Assembly (NCBI RefSeq): GCF_006345805.1
Contig: NC_043005.1
Location: 12,214,001 to 12,278,000, forward strand
Length of the DNA: 64,000 bases
Direction: 5' to 3'
From: Octopus sinensis
Lineage: Eukaryota
Of this stretch, positions 1 to 14,128 are shown piece after piece. The position numbers and the translations under genes were made by a program. Numbering within the stretch: position 1 is the first letter of the stretch; each line of letters starts with the position of its first letter. The notes under the pieces are model-generated. The model saw nothing but the letters and a program-made list of their open reading frames with translations, was not told the origin of the DNA and made no database searches.

Positions 1-1447
1 AGCTCATCTCCGATTATAATGCAATCAAAGGGGGTTCAGAATGTATTACAATTCATATAAATTCTCTGTCTCTACAAGTATCATATGTATTTCTCGGCAG
101 AATGTTAGTTCATAATACTTTGCATATTTATAAAATAGTCACCCGGGTTTTCTAGTATTTTACTAAAATTTCTATGACATATTACTTGTACTTAATACTT
201 TAACATTCTACAAATATATAAAGTCATCTTCTAACTGAAATGGAGCATGGGATCGGTGTATGGGCGAATTAATTACAATTGCAAACAAAAATGCAATATT
301 TAGATTACATTTCAAATTGGTTCTTCGCTTCAGAAAATATACGCCTGTAGAAAAATCATATTGCTTACTTAGTGTAGTGGCTACTCACGTTATCTTTATA
401 TAAATGTCATATAAATTGATGTACTGCGGTTAATTAATATCTCGTAATTACCTGTTTACTAATTTCTGGTTTGATCAGAAGTAGCAATGTGAAGAAGTCA
501 AAGATTTGTGAATAAACTTTTCCACGCCTTCTATCAAAGAAAAATAATAAATAGAGAAATAAAATGTAATTAGATATAAAATATTAAAAAATGTTTAATT
601 AAACAAAATTTGTGATTAATTGATATATATTCAACATGATTTTAAAATACGTTTTTGGCTTATGATTTCAGATCATGTATACTAAAATATGGGATGAAAA
701 GCAACGAAAGTTTATTTTAGAAATTTGCTGATGTAAAATGATGCATGAATGAGCTTTACAAATAACCAAAAAGAGAAAACTAGACAGGTGAACTCATCTT
801 CGTTATGTGAGAAAAAGTGAAAGCCCAATGGAACAATAATAAAATCAACAAAGCTGGCAAAGCCTCTGAAGAAAATAGATACATATATATGCAATGATAA
901 TGATAACAATTAAGAGTCATGGCAGGGATATTTTAATTAAATTTGAGTTGGTAGAAAGGCTACCTCATTCCATTATATTCAGTTACACAGTTCGAACTTC
1001 AGAAATCCACGTTGATTTCCTCTGTGATGTAATCGATAAGTTAGGTATCAATACTCAGTAATAAACCTGAATGAGTTTATTTTTAATTCACCCTTCCTAT
1101 GATACGGGGAATTCAATAGTCCATATAGAACTTCTCGAAAACCGATAGCATTGTGATAAGAGATGAATGAAATGAAATTAAGAATCTTTTGGCATCATAG
1201 ATATAATCCAGTCCATAGACATTTCTAAAGGCTGTGTACTATGCCTTAAAGGGAATAATTACATTTATGACTTCTCAAACATTCTCTGTCATATAAGATG
1301 GGAATACCTCAAATGAAAGTATTATATTGATGTGCCTTTGATCGTGACCTCATGCAACTATAAAGGACAAAAATATCAATGGACTTCAAAATATCATATG
1401 ACAGCGAATTTTATGTAATAGAAATAGTAAGAACAAAGAGGTTGTAT

Positions 1448-1652
1448 TATTATACATACATACATACATATTCACATATATACATATATGCACATATATA
1501 TATATATGTCCTTACATATCTGTCATTGTGTACGTGCCTGTATGTGTGCATATGCAGGCATGAATCTATGTATGTCTGCATGTATGTACATGCGTACATG
1601 TTTCTATGTATGTACATATGCATTGTATAAGTTCATGTATATGCATATATAT

Positions 1653-1686
<34 letters not shown>

Positions 1687-1732
1687 ATATATACATACAT
1701 ACATACATATATATATTATATATACATATATA

Positions 1733-1768
<36 letters not shown>

Positions 1769-1930
1769 TTATACATATATATATACACATATATATATAT
1801 ATAATAATACATATATATGAAATTCATTTAGGCATTATATATATATATATATGTGCGTGTGAGTGTATGTGTGTTTGTGTGTGCGTGCGCATGCATGTTT
1901 GTGTGTGTGTGTGTTTGTGCGTGTGTGTGT
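1448..1930. repeat. Compound (TACA)/(TA)/(TG) microsatellite
   Basis: Direct inspection. Confidence 0.95.
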
Positions 1931-2306
1931 GAATAAGTTTAAAAAAGAACATTCAGCATGCTTTGAAAGATGTACATAATTCGTTTGAGTAAGAAGCATA
2001 TAAAGAAGCATAGTGTAAAACAAAAACGGGATATCCTCGGTAACGGATTAGCAGAATAATGAAGATCAGTCAGGGAAGAGAATAAGAAGAGATATTCTAG
2101 CAAGATACTTTCACATTGGAAGGTAAGGCATATACGGAATATGATTTTCTCAGAATAGTGAATATATTTCAGTTGCCAATCAGTGATATATCCATTAGAT
2201 ATGAAAGCTGTTCAGCAATATATTATAGACGTGATACTAGAATACTTCATAGCAAAAATATATTGGTTACACTAGTAAACACTAATACTAACTCCATGTA
2301 TATATT

Positions 2307-2341
<35 letters not shown>

Positions 2342-2455
2342 TTACGCCATGATAGATCGTTAGCCACTACACACACATTTTTCTCTCTTTTTTTCTCTCT
2401 CATCTTTTCACTCCATTTTTTCTCTCCTTGTTTTTTCTGTATCCTTTTCATTAGA

Positions 2456-2555
2456 NNNNNNNNNNNNNNNNNNNNNNNNNNNNNNNNNNNNNNNNNNNNN
2501 NNNNNNNNNNNNNNNNNNNNNNNNNNNNNNNNNNNNNNNNNNNNNNNNNNNNNNN
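2456..2555. other. Assembly gap (100 N)
   Basis: Run of 100 Ns. Confidence 0.99.
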
Positions 2556-2924
2556 CTTTCGTAATGTCGTATTACCAAAGAAACAAGAAATAGCTCCTAT
2601 ATAGTATAGGTTTTGTATGAAAAAATTGTTTTTTGATCGTTCGTGTCTTTCCACGTCAATGTCTGAAGAGAAGAACATATTTTGAACGCTGTAAACCCAG
2701 TCCATCCTATTGACACAGACACGTTGTATAGCGTAATCAAAATGTCTTTTGATTCAACATATCCTGGTATTCATTAAACCATAACTTCATTGTATCCATG
2801 ACTAAATTGCATAGCATTTTCCTTATGAATCAAAGCTGTATTTCTAATGAAATAAGAGTAAGTGGGCTTTCTACTAATACTACTACTCCTTCTAGTATAA
2901 TGATTCACCACATAATGGTTATAT

Positions 2925-3055
2925 CATTGGCTGGAGCAACGTGAAATGAAGTGTTTTGCTCAAGAGCACAACACGTTGCCCGGTCCAGGAATCGAAACCA
3001 CAATCTTACGATCATGATGCTGACACCCTAACAAATAAACCACGCGCCTCCACAA
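2925..3055 (-). mobile_element. tRNA-headed SINE fragment with CORE-like domain
   Basis: Minus strand gtggaggcgcgtgg...gtttcgattcctgg (B-box-like) followed by cttgagcaaaacactt. Related copy at 32165-32467. Confidence 0.7.
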
Positions 3056-3549
3056 AGTGAACATAGTTCGCTCGGGAGTTGTATAGAATTCCTAGTGGTA
3101 TTGGTTCAGACTATTGATCCACATACATATGTTCAATACATATTTTCTGCTATTCTACCTTTACTGCCAACCAAATTTTTCAATACAAAATATTTTAATA
3201 TAATAAATATAGTACAGAATATATTTATAATTTTTTACCGAACACAGTATATTATGAGGTACAAAAAACTTAACTAAGAGAGTATGCGAAGAAGATATCG
3301 ATGAAAATAATGTATATAAATAGTAAGTACTGCGTGCATTTCAGAAGTTCTGAATTTTCTTTTAGGAGATGTCTTAGATTATTATATTATTAGCATATCG
3401 TTATTATACATCTTATAAGCTGACTCGTCAACTTTTGTTATTCCTCACGAACGAAGGCGGTTGTAACTGAGACTTAACTTTGAACAGAACCTATTAAAGA
3501 CTGCTTGTCATAGATGATCATTTTGCAGAATTACAGTGGGAACGTGAAG

Positions 3550-4030
3550 ACAAATTCAAAGCTCGCTATGCCATAAAGTTTTGTTTTTTAAACTGGTCAA
3601 AATTGCCACATTAACTTATGGAATGCTCTAGACCGCATATGGATCCATATTTATGTGCTGTGCATTTTTGTTTTCCTGACTAGCATAAAATATCAGACAA
3701 AGCGCGTCCACCGAGTATCTCATGATGATCTCTCTAACCAGACGGTGAAAAAAGGAGGACTTTGTGGAGGTTTAAAGGGAGTTCGGAAAAAGATTTTTCC
3801 ACAAAAGGCTCGAGCGTCTACTCCAGGAAAATGCTGCATCTCACAATTTCATCCTGGTATCGAATTACTCCACAGAGATTGGCATCCAAATTGTCACTCA
3901 CTCTCCCTACAGTTCAGAACTTGCATCCACGCTGAAGAAGGCGGAGGCTGTGACATGGTTAATCGACAGGTTCATTTTGAAGGACATCTTGTGAACTTCA
4001 TGAAGTGGCTGGAGCGATACAACAAATGGT
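3550..4030 (+). mobile_element. Degenerate mariner transposase remnant (internally deleted)
   Basis: Broken frames give RYAIKFC at the N-terminus, LLQENAASH, GIQIVTHSPYSSELA (HPPYSPDLAP-like) and KWLERYNK. Confidence 0.75.
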
Positions 4031-4080
4031 AAACATAGACAGGTAAACATAGATTGACAGACAGACAGACAGGCAATAAA

Positions 4081-4194
<114 letters not shown>

Positions 4195-4487
4195 TATTCT
4201 TGATTTGTTTTCTACCGCAAATTGCGACCAAGTTTGTCTGAAGACAGAATTGGATTGGTACCAATCAGTGGATCCGAGGGATGGTGAAATCCACACACTG
4301 CAGATTCTTTCAATGTACATTATGTCAGAAGGACTCCATTGCTTAACTGGGTTCGGAGACATAGTTGTGTGAAATGTGCTCCTCGCTCATGGCTTCTTTT
4401 TCTGCGGTATGCCACATATGTATATTCAATGAAAATCATAATCATAATTCATCTGAAGTAAAACAAAAAAAAAAATCATAAATAAAT

Positions 4488-4897
4488 AGGCGCAGGAGTG
4501 GCTGTGTGGTAAGTAGCTTGCTAACCAACCACATGGTTCCGGGTTCAGTCCCACTGCGTGGCATCTTGGGCAGGTGTCTTCTGCTATAGCCCCAGGCCGA
4601 CCAATGCCTTGTGAGTGGATTTGGTAGACGGAAACTGAAAGAAGCCTGTCGTATATATGTATATATATATATATATGTATGTGTGTTTGTTTGTGTGTCT
4701 GTGTTTGTCCCCCTAGCATTGCTTGACAACCGATGCTGGTGTGTTTATGTCTCCGTTACGTAGCGGTTCGACAAAAGAGACCGATAGAATAAGTATTGGG
4801 CTTACAAAAAGAACAAGTCCCGGGGTTGAGTTGCTTGATTAAAGGAGGTGCTCCAGCATGGCCGCAGTCAAATGACTGAAACAAGTAAAAGAGTAAA
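4488..4897 (+). mobile_element. SINE family A, full length (tRNA-like head, internal TA/TG microsatellite, LINE-type 3' tail)
   Basis: Begins aggcgcaggagtggctgtgtggtaag, has B-box-like ggttcagtccc, ends ggtgctccagcatggccgcagtcaaatgactgaaacaagtaaaagag. About 8 copies in the window. Confidence 0.9.
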
Positions 4898-5273
4898 TGC
4901 ACTGAAATTGATGGAAACTTGGAGTTATTGCATCGCGTCCATCGGATTTTGTATCACTAATGGCGGACACTATTTGGAAAATATTATTCACTAATGTCGT
5001 TGAATAAAATCAATGAAAACATGCATTGCCGCTTATGCATCCGGAATTTATGGTCACTACACACAGACACCCCCATACACACACACACATAGATACACAT
5101 CTATATATATATACATATATATCACTGTGGAGCGCTTATCTCCCTGTCAGGACTTGTGTTTTCTGTGGCTATAAGGATCTTTCGCTCTTGGTTCTAGCTA
5201 AGTAGCGGCTACTCTGCACCTATTAGTGATAATTGAATTTTTCATGTTATGTTGCATTTAGTCACCTTTATTA

Positions 5274-5310
<37 letters not shown>

Positions 5311-6127
5311 TTTATTATTATTATTATTATTATATCTTCCGTAATACAATGTAGGCACAAAATATTGTCACTCGAAATAACACACGTACAAATCGATCTT
5401 TCCCTTTAACTAAACTCGCTTGCATTAGTATGTTTATGAATACTCTGAGTCGACTACAAATTTCGGTATTCGGTCACTGATAAGCTCCAAGCAAATTTTA
5501 AACCAAATGTGCTGATCTATGTTTCTCTGTCCAGGAAAATATATTATATAAAAGCCAAGTTATATAAATTTCCCTTTAAATATAGTTTGTGTTAAAAATC
5601 TATCGATATATTTTCTGATACAGAGCCGTACAGATTTGAGGAAAAAATATTATGAATGTGCTAGTTATTCACAAGATATTTTGCCTGAAACCCTGCCAAT
5701 TTTATTAACCTCTTGCCATTAGAAAACACGAATCTACTGATTCTGCTAGTCTAGCACCATTTTAATTATACAGATGAATTAATTATCATTGTTCGAATGT
5801 TATTGATAATAAACAGTCTTGGGTATTTTTCCTAGCGTTAGCTGTTGCAGATGTTAGCTTCAAACTGACTTAAGCTCATTGAGCAACGAGATACAAAATC
5901 TGAATATTATCGGAGTATGCTACTCTCCATCCACTTAAACGTGACACCTCTCTGTTAACACACACAAAAACAAATATGGCATAATTATTAAATCTTTAAC
6001 GGAAAATAGAAAAATAACTATGAGGTTTATAATTTTTATTATCTTTATTATTAAAGCTACCATAATCATCATCGTTGTCATCATCATCATTATCATCATC
6101 CACATTGTCATTATTATTATTGTTTTT

Positions 6128-6490
6128 ACCTCCGTCAGAGCGAAGGTGAAGGTATTGTTTTCAGTTATGTTTGTTTGTTTGTTTCTTTGTACTTGGGAGA
6201 GATATCTCAAGAACCGCTGGATGGATTCGGATGAAACTTTCAAGGATCATTTGTCTCGTGTCTGGCACGAACTCATTAGATTTTGAGATCGATATGGCCA
6301 AGGATTCTAGATTATTCTTTCGTTTTTTTTTACTTAATTTTTGGGAGCGGTCGGGTTCATTTTTAGTATTCTCGTTTGTGAGAGCAATCGATTTTATTTC
6401 AGATATTCTCATTTTAAAATTCATCTCCGGCTAATCGTTGAGAAGACGTTGGTGTTGCCTTGGCGGAGGTTTGCGCTCTGACTGCTCTTG
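6128..6490 (+). mobile_element. Helentron-associated interspersed element (HINE/DINE-1-like)
   Basis: Sub-terminal inverted repeats acctccg (6128) and cggaggt (6464-6470), internal (GTTT)n, short 3' extension, T-rich flanks. Confidence 0.65.
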
Positions 6491-6759
6491 TTATTATTGC
6501 TACGGTTATTTAACTTTATTGTCGCTTTTCTCTCATGCGAGCTGTCTCAATTCATACACACAAATACCTAAAGTAACAGCTAGTTGGTCGTTTTACAATG
6601 GCTTGTTATTTTGGAGTAGCAATGTTATATTGTAGAGAAAGTGAGGACAGAATCTGAGAAATAAAACTCAGTTAAATTTCTGATATTTCCATCTTGATAA
6701 AGTTTTAAGAGGGAGGACCGAGCATTTTCAAGTCGTGTTCTCATTATTTTCATCATCAA

Positions 6760-6862
<103 letters not shown>

Positions 6863-7257
6863 ATCATTACTATTTGTGTTCATCATCACTAAGTTTGTTA
6901 ATATTATTACAGATTGATGCTCATGTTTGAGAACAATAACAAACATTTCTTTGCATTGTGTGTTGGTAAGAGGAGCTTTGCATTGTATTTTACTAAAAGG
7001 CTTAAAGTAATTAGATTTGCGAATTAGCGTAGCATACACAATGAGGAGAAACACACACACGCACGCACGCATGCACACTCACACACCACACTCACACACA
7101 CACACATACGTGGGTATATGTGGGTGGGTGTACATTTGTATTCAAATGTAAACGTATGATATAGAATATATTCTAAGAATTTTATGTCTTCCAGTCTCTG
7201 AAATAAATTAGAGGTCATATTTGAATTATACTGAGCGAAGTTATGAATATGTAACTG

Positions 7258-7311
<54 letters not shown>

Positions 7312-7448
7312 TGCATACGTAGATTTATAAATTATACATACATACATACATACATAAATGTAAACACATATGTATAACGTGTATACACACAGATATATTG
7401 ACATACATGTAAGTAAATTGTGTCTGTGTGTATGTGTGTGCGAGTGTG

Positions 7449-7521
<73 letters not shown>

Positions 7522-7732
7522 GTGTATGTGCTTTCAGTATATGCAAATGAGACAGTATTTAGTTAAAACAGCCATCTATATTGCCTACGTATTCCCACTG
7601 CTCGGCTGGTTACTGCAGTATTTGTCTTGACATAATACACAGAAACAGAGACAGAGGTGGAAGAGGGAAAGAAGAGAGGATGGTAGAGGGAGAGAGAGGG
7701 GGTTGGAGACAAAGAGAGAAAAATGAAGACAT

Positions 7733-7764
<32 letters not shown>

Positions 7765-8313
7765 TTGCAAGAACAGTGAGAGAGAGGGGAACATCTCACT
7801 CCAGCAGTGGTCTGCGCGAGATCGTTAGATATGTTTCGACCTTTCGCGGCTTTTGTGTTGTTAACACAGCAAGTCAGGGCATATAGTAGTGGACATACAA
7901 TGTATTTAGTGGCCTATGGACATTATGTATATATTACCTATGCTGAATACATGACTACCTTAATTAAATCGTTCCCCGGTTACTATACCGGACATTCAAT
8001 TAACCGGGAAGCTACTCTCAACATCAGTGAATGTTTTAATCTAATTTTAGTATTTTAGAGACAAAGTTTTTCAGTACGTATCTTTGAAAAAGCCCAAACA
8101 ATCCAAATGTCTCTCGTGCCCTCACAGGCCGCTGTTGGGACGACTCTTCCCCCCTCTCTCTCTCCCCCTCTTTCTCTTTATATCTATAGCGATTTTATCG
8201 TAGTAAGTTTATGACATGTTATTCTGCAGTAATTGGGCGATCGACACGAAAATGAGCATACACCCATTAACACGCAGTTACCATGCACATTTCCACACAC
8301 ATATTTACGGGGG

Positions 8314-8508
8314 AAATGCGTAGCCGTATTTCGTCTGCCGTTACGTTCTGAGTTCAAATTCCGCCGAGGTTGACTTTGCCTTTCATCCTTTCGGGGTCGA
8401 TAAATCAAGTACCAGTTACGCAATGGGGTCGATGTAATCGACTTAATCCCTTTGTCTATCCTTGTTTGTCCCATCTATGTTTAGCCCCTTGTGGGCAATA
8501 AAGAAATA
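8314..8508 (+). mobile_element. SINE family B, 5'-truncated
   Basis: gagttcaaattcc B-box; central ggtcgactttgcctttcatcctttcggggtcgataaattaagtaccag domain, resembling the MetaSINE core as recalled (unverified). Confidence 0.85.
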
Positions 8509-8939
8509 TATTTGATGTAGGCTTTATTTCATAAACCTAGATGTGACAAAGCTGCGCGCCTTCTCTCTTCTTTGTCACCTTGTCTTTATAACAAGGTTTT
8601 CGAAATGCTAAATGCGGAAATCATTTCATTTCAAGCCTCTATATTTAATTAATTCACACAATATATAATGCTGACGTTCGATGTCTGCACTGCACTCTAA
8701 TCCACCTACATTTTTTATTGTGTTCTCTGCATCACTCTATATTTACTGACTACCTACGTCTATGTACTCTTGATTTAGCATATTTTATGTGATTTAATAT
8801 ATTTCTATCATATTCTTCTCAATAATGATACGCCATTGTCTAAGAATAACTCTGCAGATATGGACAAACCTACACAATCTCGTATATTCAAAATCACATA
8901 CACATGCAGCACACTCATGTACACACACAAATACACACA

Positions 8940-9015
8940 TTTCTTCTTCTCCTCCTCCTCCTCCTCCTCCTCCTCCCTCCTTCTTCTTCTTCTTCTTCTT
9001 CTTCTTCTTCTCTTC

Positions 9016-9051
<36 letters not shown>

Positions 9052-9052
9052 G

Positions 9053-9127
<75 letters not shown>

Positions 9128-9461
9128 TCCCCCCCTTCTTCTTCCGCTTCTTCTTCTCTTCCTTCTTCTCCGTTCATTTTTCTCCTCCTCCTTCTCCCTG
9201 TCCTTTTCCTCCTTCTTTGTCTTCTTTTGCTTCTTCTTCTTTCCTTTTATTCCCTCTTGCGTTTCTTCTTGCACTACTAAACAGCAAATACGAAGAAGAA
9301 GAAGAAGAAGAAGAAGAAGAGAAAGAAAGAAGAAGAAGAAAGAAGACGAAAGAAAAGAAGAATGAAGAAGAAGAAGAAGAAGAAGAAGGAAAAAAGAAGA
9401 AGAAGAAGAAGAAGATGATGATTAAAGAGCAAACATTAGTAATAATATATATATTTATATA

Positions 9462-9510
<49 letters not shown>
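8940..9510. repeat. Compound (CTT)/(CCT)/(ATT)/(GAA)/(TA) microsatellite block
   Basis: Direct inspection. Confidence 0.95.
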
Positions 9511-9513
<3 letters not shown>

Positions 9514-10019
9514 ATATGATGTATATATATATCCATCTAATATTATTACTAATGCTTGCTCGTTAATCATCATCATCATCAACTTCTTCTTCGTTTTCTT
9601 GTTTGATAGAGAGACGAACTATTTCATTGATTTCATTGTTTCGAACCAGAATGAGACGTCATGCAAAAGAGACACAAAAATATACAGAGTCAACAACAAT
9701 GTTTACAGAGCACCGAAAATATATAAAAATTACGAAAACGTTTTCTCCATGTCAACAAAATATTATAGGAGACTGCTCTCACATATTTGCTATTGCTTAT
9801 TTCTTGAACGGGATTTTGTGTATATTTCAGTGTAATCTGACGAAAATGTTTACTGTGAGAGCTGTGTATCATTTCCCAGGTATTATTTACGCATCTGAAA
9901 ATAAACATACTTTTTCAGTGTCTTAATATCTCTAATGCTACTACAAGGTGCCCAAAAGTCCTACACTATGTATTCCTGTTTCAAGAAGGTCACAGCAACT
10001 CAGCCTTTCTTTGTCGAAA

Positions 10020-10437
10020 GGGCGCTGAGCTGGCAGAAACTTTAGCACGTCGAGCGAAGTGCTTAGCGATATTTCGTCTGCCGCTACGTTCTGAGTTCAA
10101 ATACCACCGAGGTCAACTTTTCCTTTCATCCTTTCGGGGTCGATAAAATAAGTACCAGTTACGCACTGGGGTCGATATAATCGACTTAACCCGTTTGGCT
10201 GTCCTTGTTTGTCCTCTCTGTGTTTAGCCCCTTGTCGGTAGTAAAGAAATAGGTATTTCGTCTGCCGCTACGTTCTGAGTTCAAATTCCGCCGAGGTCGA
10301 CTCTGCCTTTCATCCTTTCGTGGTCGATTAAATAAGTACCAGTTGAGCACTTGGGTCGATATAATCGATTTAATCTGTTTGTCTGTCCTTGTTTGTCCTT
10401 TCTGTGTTTAGCCCCTTGTGGGTAGTAAAGAAAGAAG
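10020..10437 (+). mobile_element. SINE family B, tandem dimer
   Basis: Head gagctggcagaaac..., with a ~195-bp unit repeated across an aaagaaata|ggtatttcg junction. Confidence 0.85.
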
Positions 10438-10844
10438 TATTTCTATATGGATAACAAGTAGATTTTTATCGACAGACACTTTTTTTTTATTATACTGAAG
10501 CCTTTCACGAGAGTTTTTCACGTGGGCATCTCTCTGTTGGTAAAGACCATTTGCATTTTCATATAGTCATGTTCTAAGATATCTGGAGTTTCTTATAACT
10601 TCCAGAAAGCCATTGCTAGAAGCAGTTTGAAGGCTGGTCACTTACAAACAGCTTTGGTACATTGTGCCGTTTCTTCATATAGCATGTGTTAACCAGTTAG
10701 TTACATCCCTGTGCAGCGTGTTTCAACAACACATGTACGGCAGAACGTTAAGAATGAGACAGCGGTAATGTTTACATCAATACATATATATTTATACACA
10801 CACATGCGAGCACACACAGGTACATATGGATAGATAGGCAAGTA

Positions 10845-10845
10845 A

Positions 10846-10924
<79 letters not shown>

Positions 10925-11047
10925 GATTGATAGATAGATAGATAGATAGGTAGGTAGATAGATAGATAGGTAGGTAGATATATATATATATATAGATTGA
11001 TAGATAGTTAGATAGATAGATAGATAGATAGATAGATATATAGATAT

Positions 11048-11079
<32 letters not shown>

Positions 11080-11218
11080 GTAGATAGATAGATAGATGGA
11101 TGGATGGATGGATAGATGGATTGATAGATAGATGGATAGATATATAGATAGATAGGTAGATAAATAGATAGATAAATAGATAGATAGATAGATAGAGAGA
11201 GAGGAGAGAGAGAGAGAG

Positions 11219-11276
<58 letters not shown>

Positions 11277-11280
11277 AGAG
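10845..11280. repeat. (ATAG)n/(ATGG)n/(AG)n microsatellite
   Basis: Direct inspection. Confidence 0.95.
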
Positions 11281-11698
11281 ACCACAGCCTCTACAGTGCC
11301 CTATACATATGCAACTTATATTATGTATTTTCCGAAAGCACTAATCACCTGATTTCCAAATGTTGTTATTTCTGTTGACACATTGATGTCGAATTTTTTC
11401 ATCTAGGTTAAAGGAACATTTGTTTATATATGAAGCACATCAACAAAATCACGTTTTATGACTGATATAAGATTTTTAAGAGCCTTGTGTATTTGATGCG
11501 ATTCTTTTCGCGCCGAGTTCAACTCTGCTGTTGCTGTTCATCTTTTCAGAATTCGTAGAAAATAGACTAAAAGCAAAACGTCCACGGCACCGGTTTGGCA
11601 GACATGTTATGATGTAGGACGAGATACGCATGGCAGCTATTCTGACTTGGATACTGGGAGTTCAAAATCTGCTCCTTCAATTAAATATGGTGAAAATT

Positions 11699-11792
11699 TG
11701 ACCAGCTACGGCGGTACGTATTCTAAAATTGGAACGATACAGAGAAGATTAACAAGGATGACACGGAAATTCGTGAAGCGTTCCATATTTTT
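11699..11792 (+). ncRNA. RNU6: U6 snRNA-derived copy (pseudogene) with a ~13-nt internal deletion
   Basis: ctaaaattggaacgatacagagaagatta...caaggatgacacggaaattcgtgaagcgttccatattttt matches U6, with the ACAGAGA box intact. GCATGGCCCCTGC of the ISL region is absent. Confidence 0.92.
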
Positions 11793-11795
11793 ATG

Positions 11796-11847
11796 GAGGC
11801 GGTGCTCCAGCATGACCGCAGTCAAAGGACTGAAACAAGTAAAAGAG
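11796..11847 (+). mobile_element. 3' tail of SINE family A fused behind the U6 copy
   Basis: aggcggtgctccagcatgaccgcagtcaaaggactgaaacaagtaaaagag matches the family A 3' end. Confidence 0.88.
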
Positions 11848-11861
11848 AAAAACCAACAGGA

Positions 11862-12040
11862 TTGATTGATTGATTGATTCTAGTTTCAGCTCACAAGCTG
11901 TGGCCATGCTGGGGCAGCGCCATTTGGTGTTGCTACATGGTTTTACTTCACGAATGCTTTTTAGCAACTGCCATTTGGTGCATGAGAGAGTTCGATGCAG
12001 CTGTCCTCATCTGCACCTCCTGCAACATGAATATTATTTT
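11862..12040 (-). mobile_element. 3' end of a CR1/L2-type LINE with (AATC)n tail
   Basis: Minus strand encodes MRTAASNSLMHQ (compare RAEVLNSHVHQ at 37.4 kb), then a 3' UTR ccagcatggccacagcttgtgagctgaaac and an (AATC)n tail. Confidence 0.65.
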
Positions 12041-12781
12041 CAATTCTTAATCGGAAGATCTACTTCCAGGCCATAGTATGTCTACTCTTGCTCTTGTTCG
12101 GAGTTCACGCTTCAGTTGCCCGAAGCCTCGTTCAATATCTTGTGAGGAATCTGTAACTGTGGATATAAGCAATTTGTTACGTAGGAGGCATTCTCCCATG
12201 CTTTTGCATCAGAAAGTTGGCGGGCAACATTAATAACTGGTTCTTTATTTTGATGTTTGAATCTCGTTAGTCCTGTATCACCCTCCTATCCAGAAATGTA
12301 TTGTTTTCGGTGTCAAATTTATTGTGTACTGTACACTGGTTGTCTCGGTGATCTCTAGTATTGCAGTCTCTAGTATCTGAATATGCTACATTCCGTTCCA
12401 ATGCCATAAAGCTAAAATTTATAGCTAGAACAGCCAATGACTTCGCAGCACACGTTGTATTATTGCTCTTCAGATGAGTTATTAAATTTTGCTTGAATCT
12501 GTCAGAATATGCATTCTTCATTCTCATTTGAACGGCTTTCGCATACAGAAAGTTAATCACATCTATGCTCAATTGTTTCCATGTTGTCGACAATTCCGTT
12601 ACCTTCCAGCGTTCTAATGAACCAGTCAATGATGGTAGTGGAAGTGGTATTGACGGGGACGGAGACGGTGACGGAGGAAGTAGTGGTGGTGGTGGTGGTG
12701 ATGGTGGCGGTGATGGTGCTATTGCTGGAGGTTATGGTGGTGGTGGTGGTGGTGGTGGTAGTAGTGGTAGTAGTAGTAGTA

Positions 12782-12826
<45 letters not shown>

Positions 12827-12842
12827 ACGGTAGTGGTGATTG

Positions 12843-13074
12843 CGGCAATCTGGCAGAAGCGTTAGCACGCCCGGCGAAATGCTTAGTGGTATTTCGTCTA
12901 CAGTTACGTTCTGAGTTCAAATTCCGCCGAGGTCGACTTTGCCTTTCATCCTTTCGTGGTCGATTAAATAAGTACCAGTTACGCACTGGGGTCGATGTAA
13001 TCGACTTAGTCCGTTTGTCTGTCCTTGTTTGTCCTCTCTGTGTTTAGCCACTTGTGGGTAGTAAAGAAATAGGT
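12843..13074 (+). mobile_element. SINE family B
   Basis: Matches the other B copies. Confidence 0.85.
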
Positions 13075-13486
13075 AGTGTTGATTGCGGTGATGATGATGA
13101 TAATAGCGTTGGTGATAATGATGATAATGATGAGGGGATGGGGTGGTAACGGTGGTAGTGATGGAGATGATAATAATGATGATGATGATGATGATGATCA
13201 TGACGACGACGACTCATACTTTACCTGTAGTTTCTTTCATCTACGGAGGCGGGAGAAAAGAAACGGAAGTCGACGAGGTTTGACTTGAGAATGGTAAAAC
13301 TTCAAGCATCAGAACAAATGCTACAGTACAAGATTCCGATAATGGTTGCCCTCATAACAAAAACAACAGCAGCAGCAACAACATTAACAATAACAACAAC
13401 AGCAATAATATATGATGATGATGATGATGAGGAGGAGGAGGAGGAGGAGGAGGATGTTGAGGGTAATGACAATCCTTTCTAGTATA

Positions 13487-13690
13487 GGCATAAGGCCTAA
13501 AGTCAGTGAAGGTAGGGGGCTAGTCGATTAAATCGAACCCAGTGTGTCTCTGGTACTTAATTTAAAGAACCCAAAAGGATGAAAGCAAAGTCGACTCCGG
13601 CAGAATTTGAACACAGAACGTAAAAACGGACGAAATACCGCTAAGCAATTCGCCCCGCCTACTAACGATTGTGACAGCTCGCCGCCTTAA
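13487..13690 (-). mobile_element. SINE family B (short-tail variant)
   Basis: Reverse complement of the aaggcggcgagctg head through the ggccttatgcct tail. Confidence 0.75.
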
Positions 13691-13709
13691 TGACAATAAT
13701 AATAATAAT

Positions 13710-13753
<44 letters not shown>

Positions 13754-13871
13754 TGATAACGATGATGATGATTTCAAATTTTTGCCACAAGGGTAGCTTG
13801 GGTGAGAGGATTTCGCTCGGCGTGCTAACGATTCTGCCAGCTTGCCGCCTTAATAATAATAATAATGATAA

Positions 13872-14128
13872 TGTACATTGTTTTGTCTTTGTATAAAAGA
13901 TGGGCTACAGCAAATATTCTGCTCAATACGACAGATTTGCTTGTCAGTTGCTTGACCATAACCATTTGAGCATGCCTCTTAGTGGCTGACGATATGTGCA
14001 TCTCTGATCACGAGCAGAAGTAGGGGGTAATATCATAGCCATGTGCTGAGATTAATTCTTTGGGGTTTGGATAATTCACCTTTGGAAACATGGGCGTTTT
14101 GTTCAAAATCCTTAAACAACCCTTATTT
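13872..14128 (+). mobile_element. Element D, 3'-truncated (non-coding interspersed repeat)
   Basis: gtataaaagatgggctacagcaaatattctgctcaata...; homologous to the copies at 21994, 24268, 40190, 52873 and 54721. Confidence 0.8.

Noticed and set aside
1-2900. Possible degraded membrane-protein coding sequence on the minus strand (712-909, 2060-2300, 2560-2780)
   Set aside because: Frequent stops, no recognisable motifs, and interruption by an assembly gap.
10020-10437. CRISPR-like or satellite array
   Set aside because: The repeats are ~195-bp SINE units with no unique spacers, in eukaryotic context.
12267-12629. 120-aa ORF with LAVLAINFSFMALER, superficially like GPCR TM3
   Set aside because: The Cys-to-Arg spacing is wrong, no other TM segments are present, and no family is recognisable.
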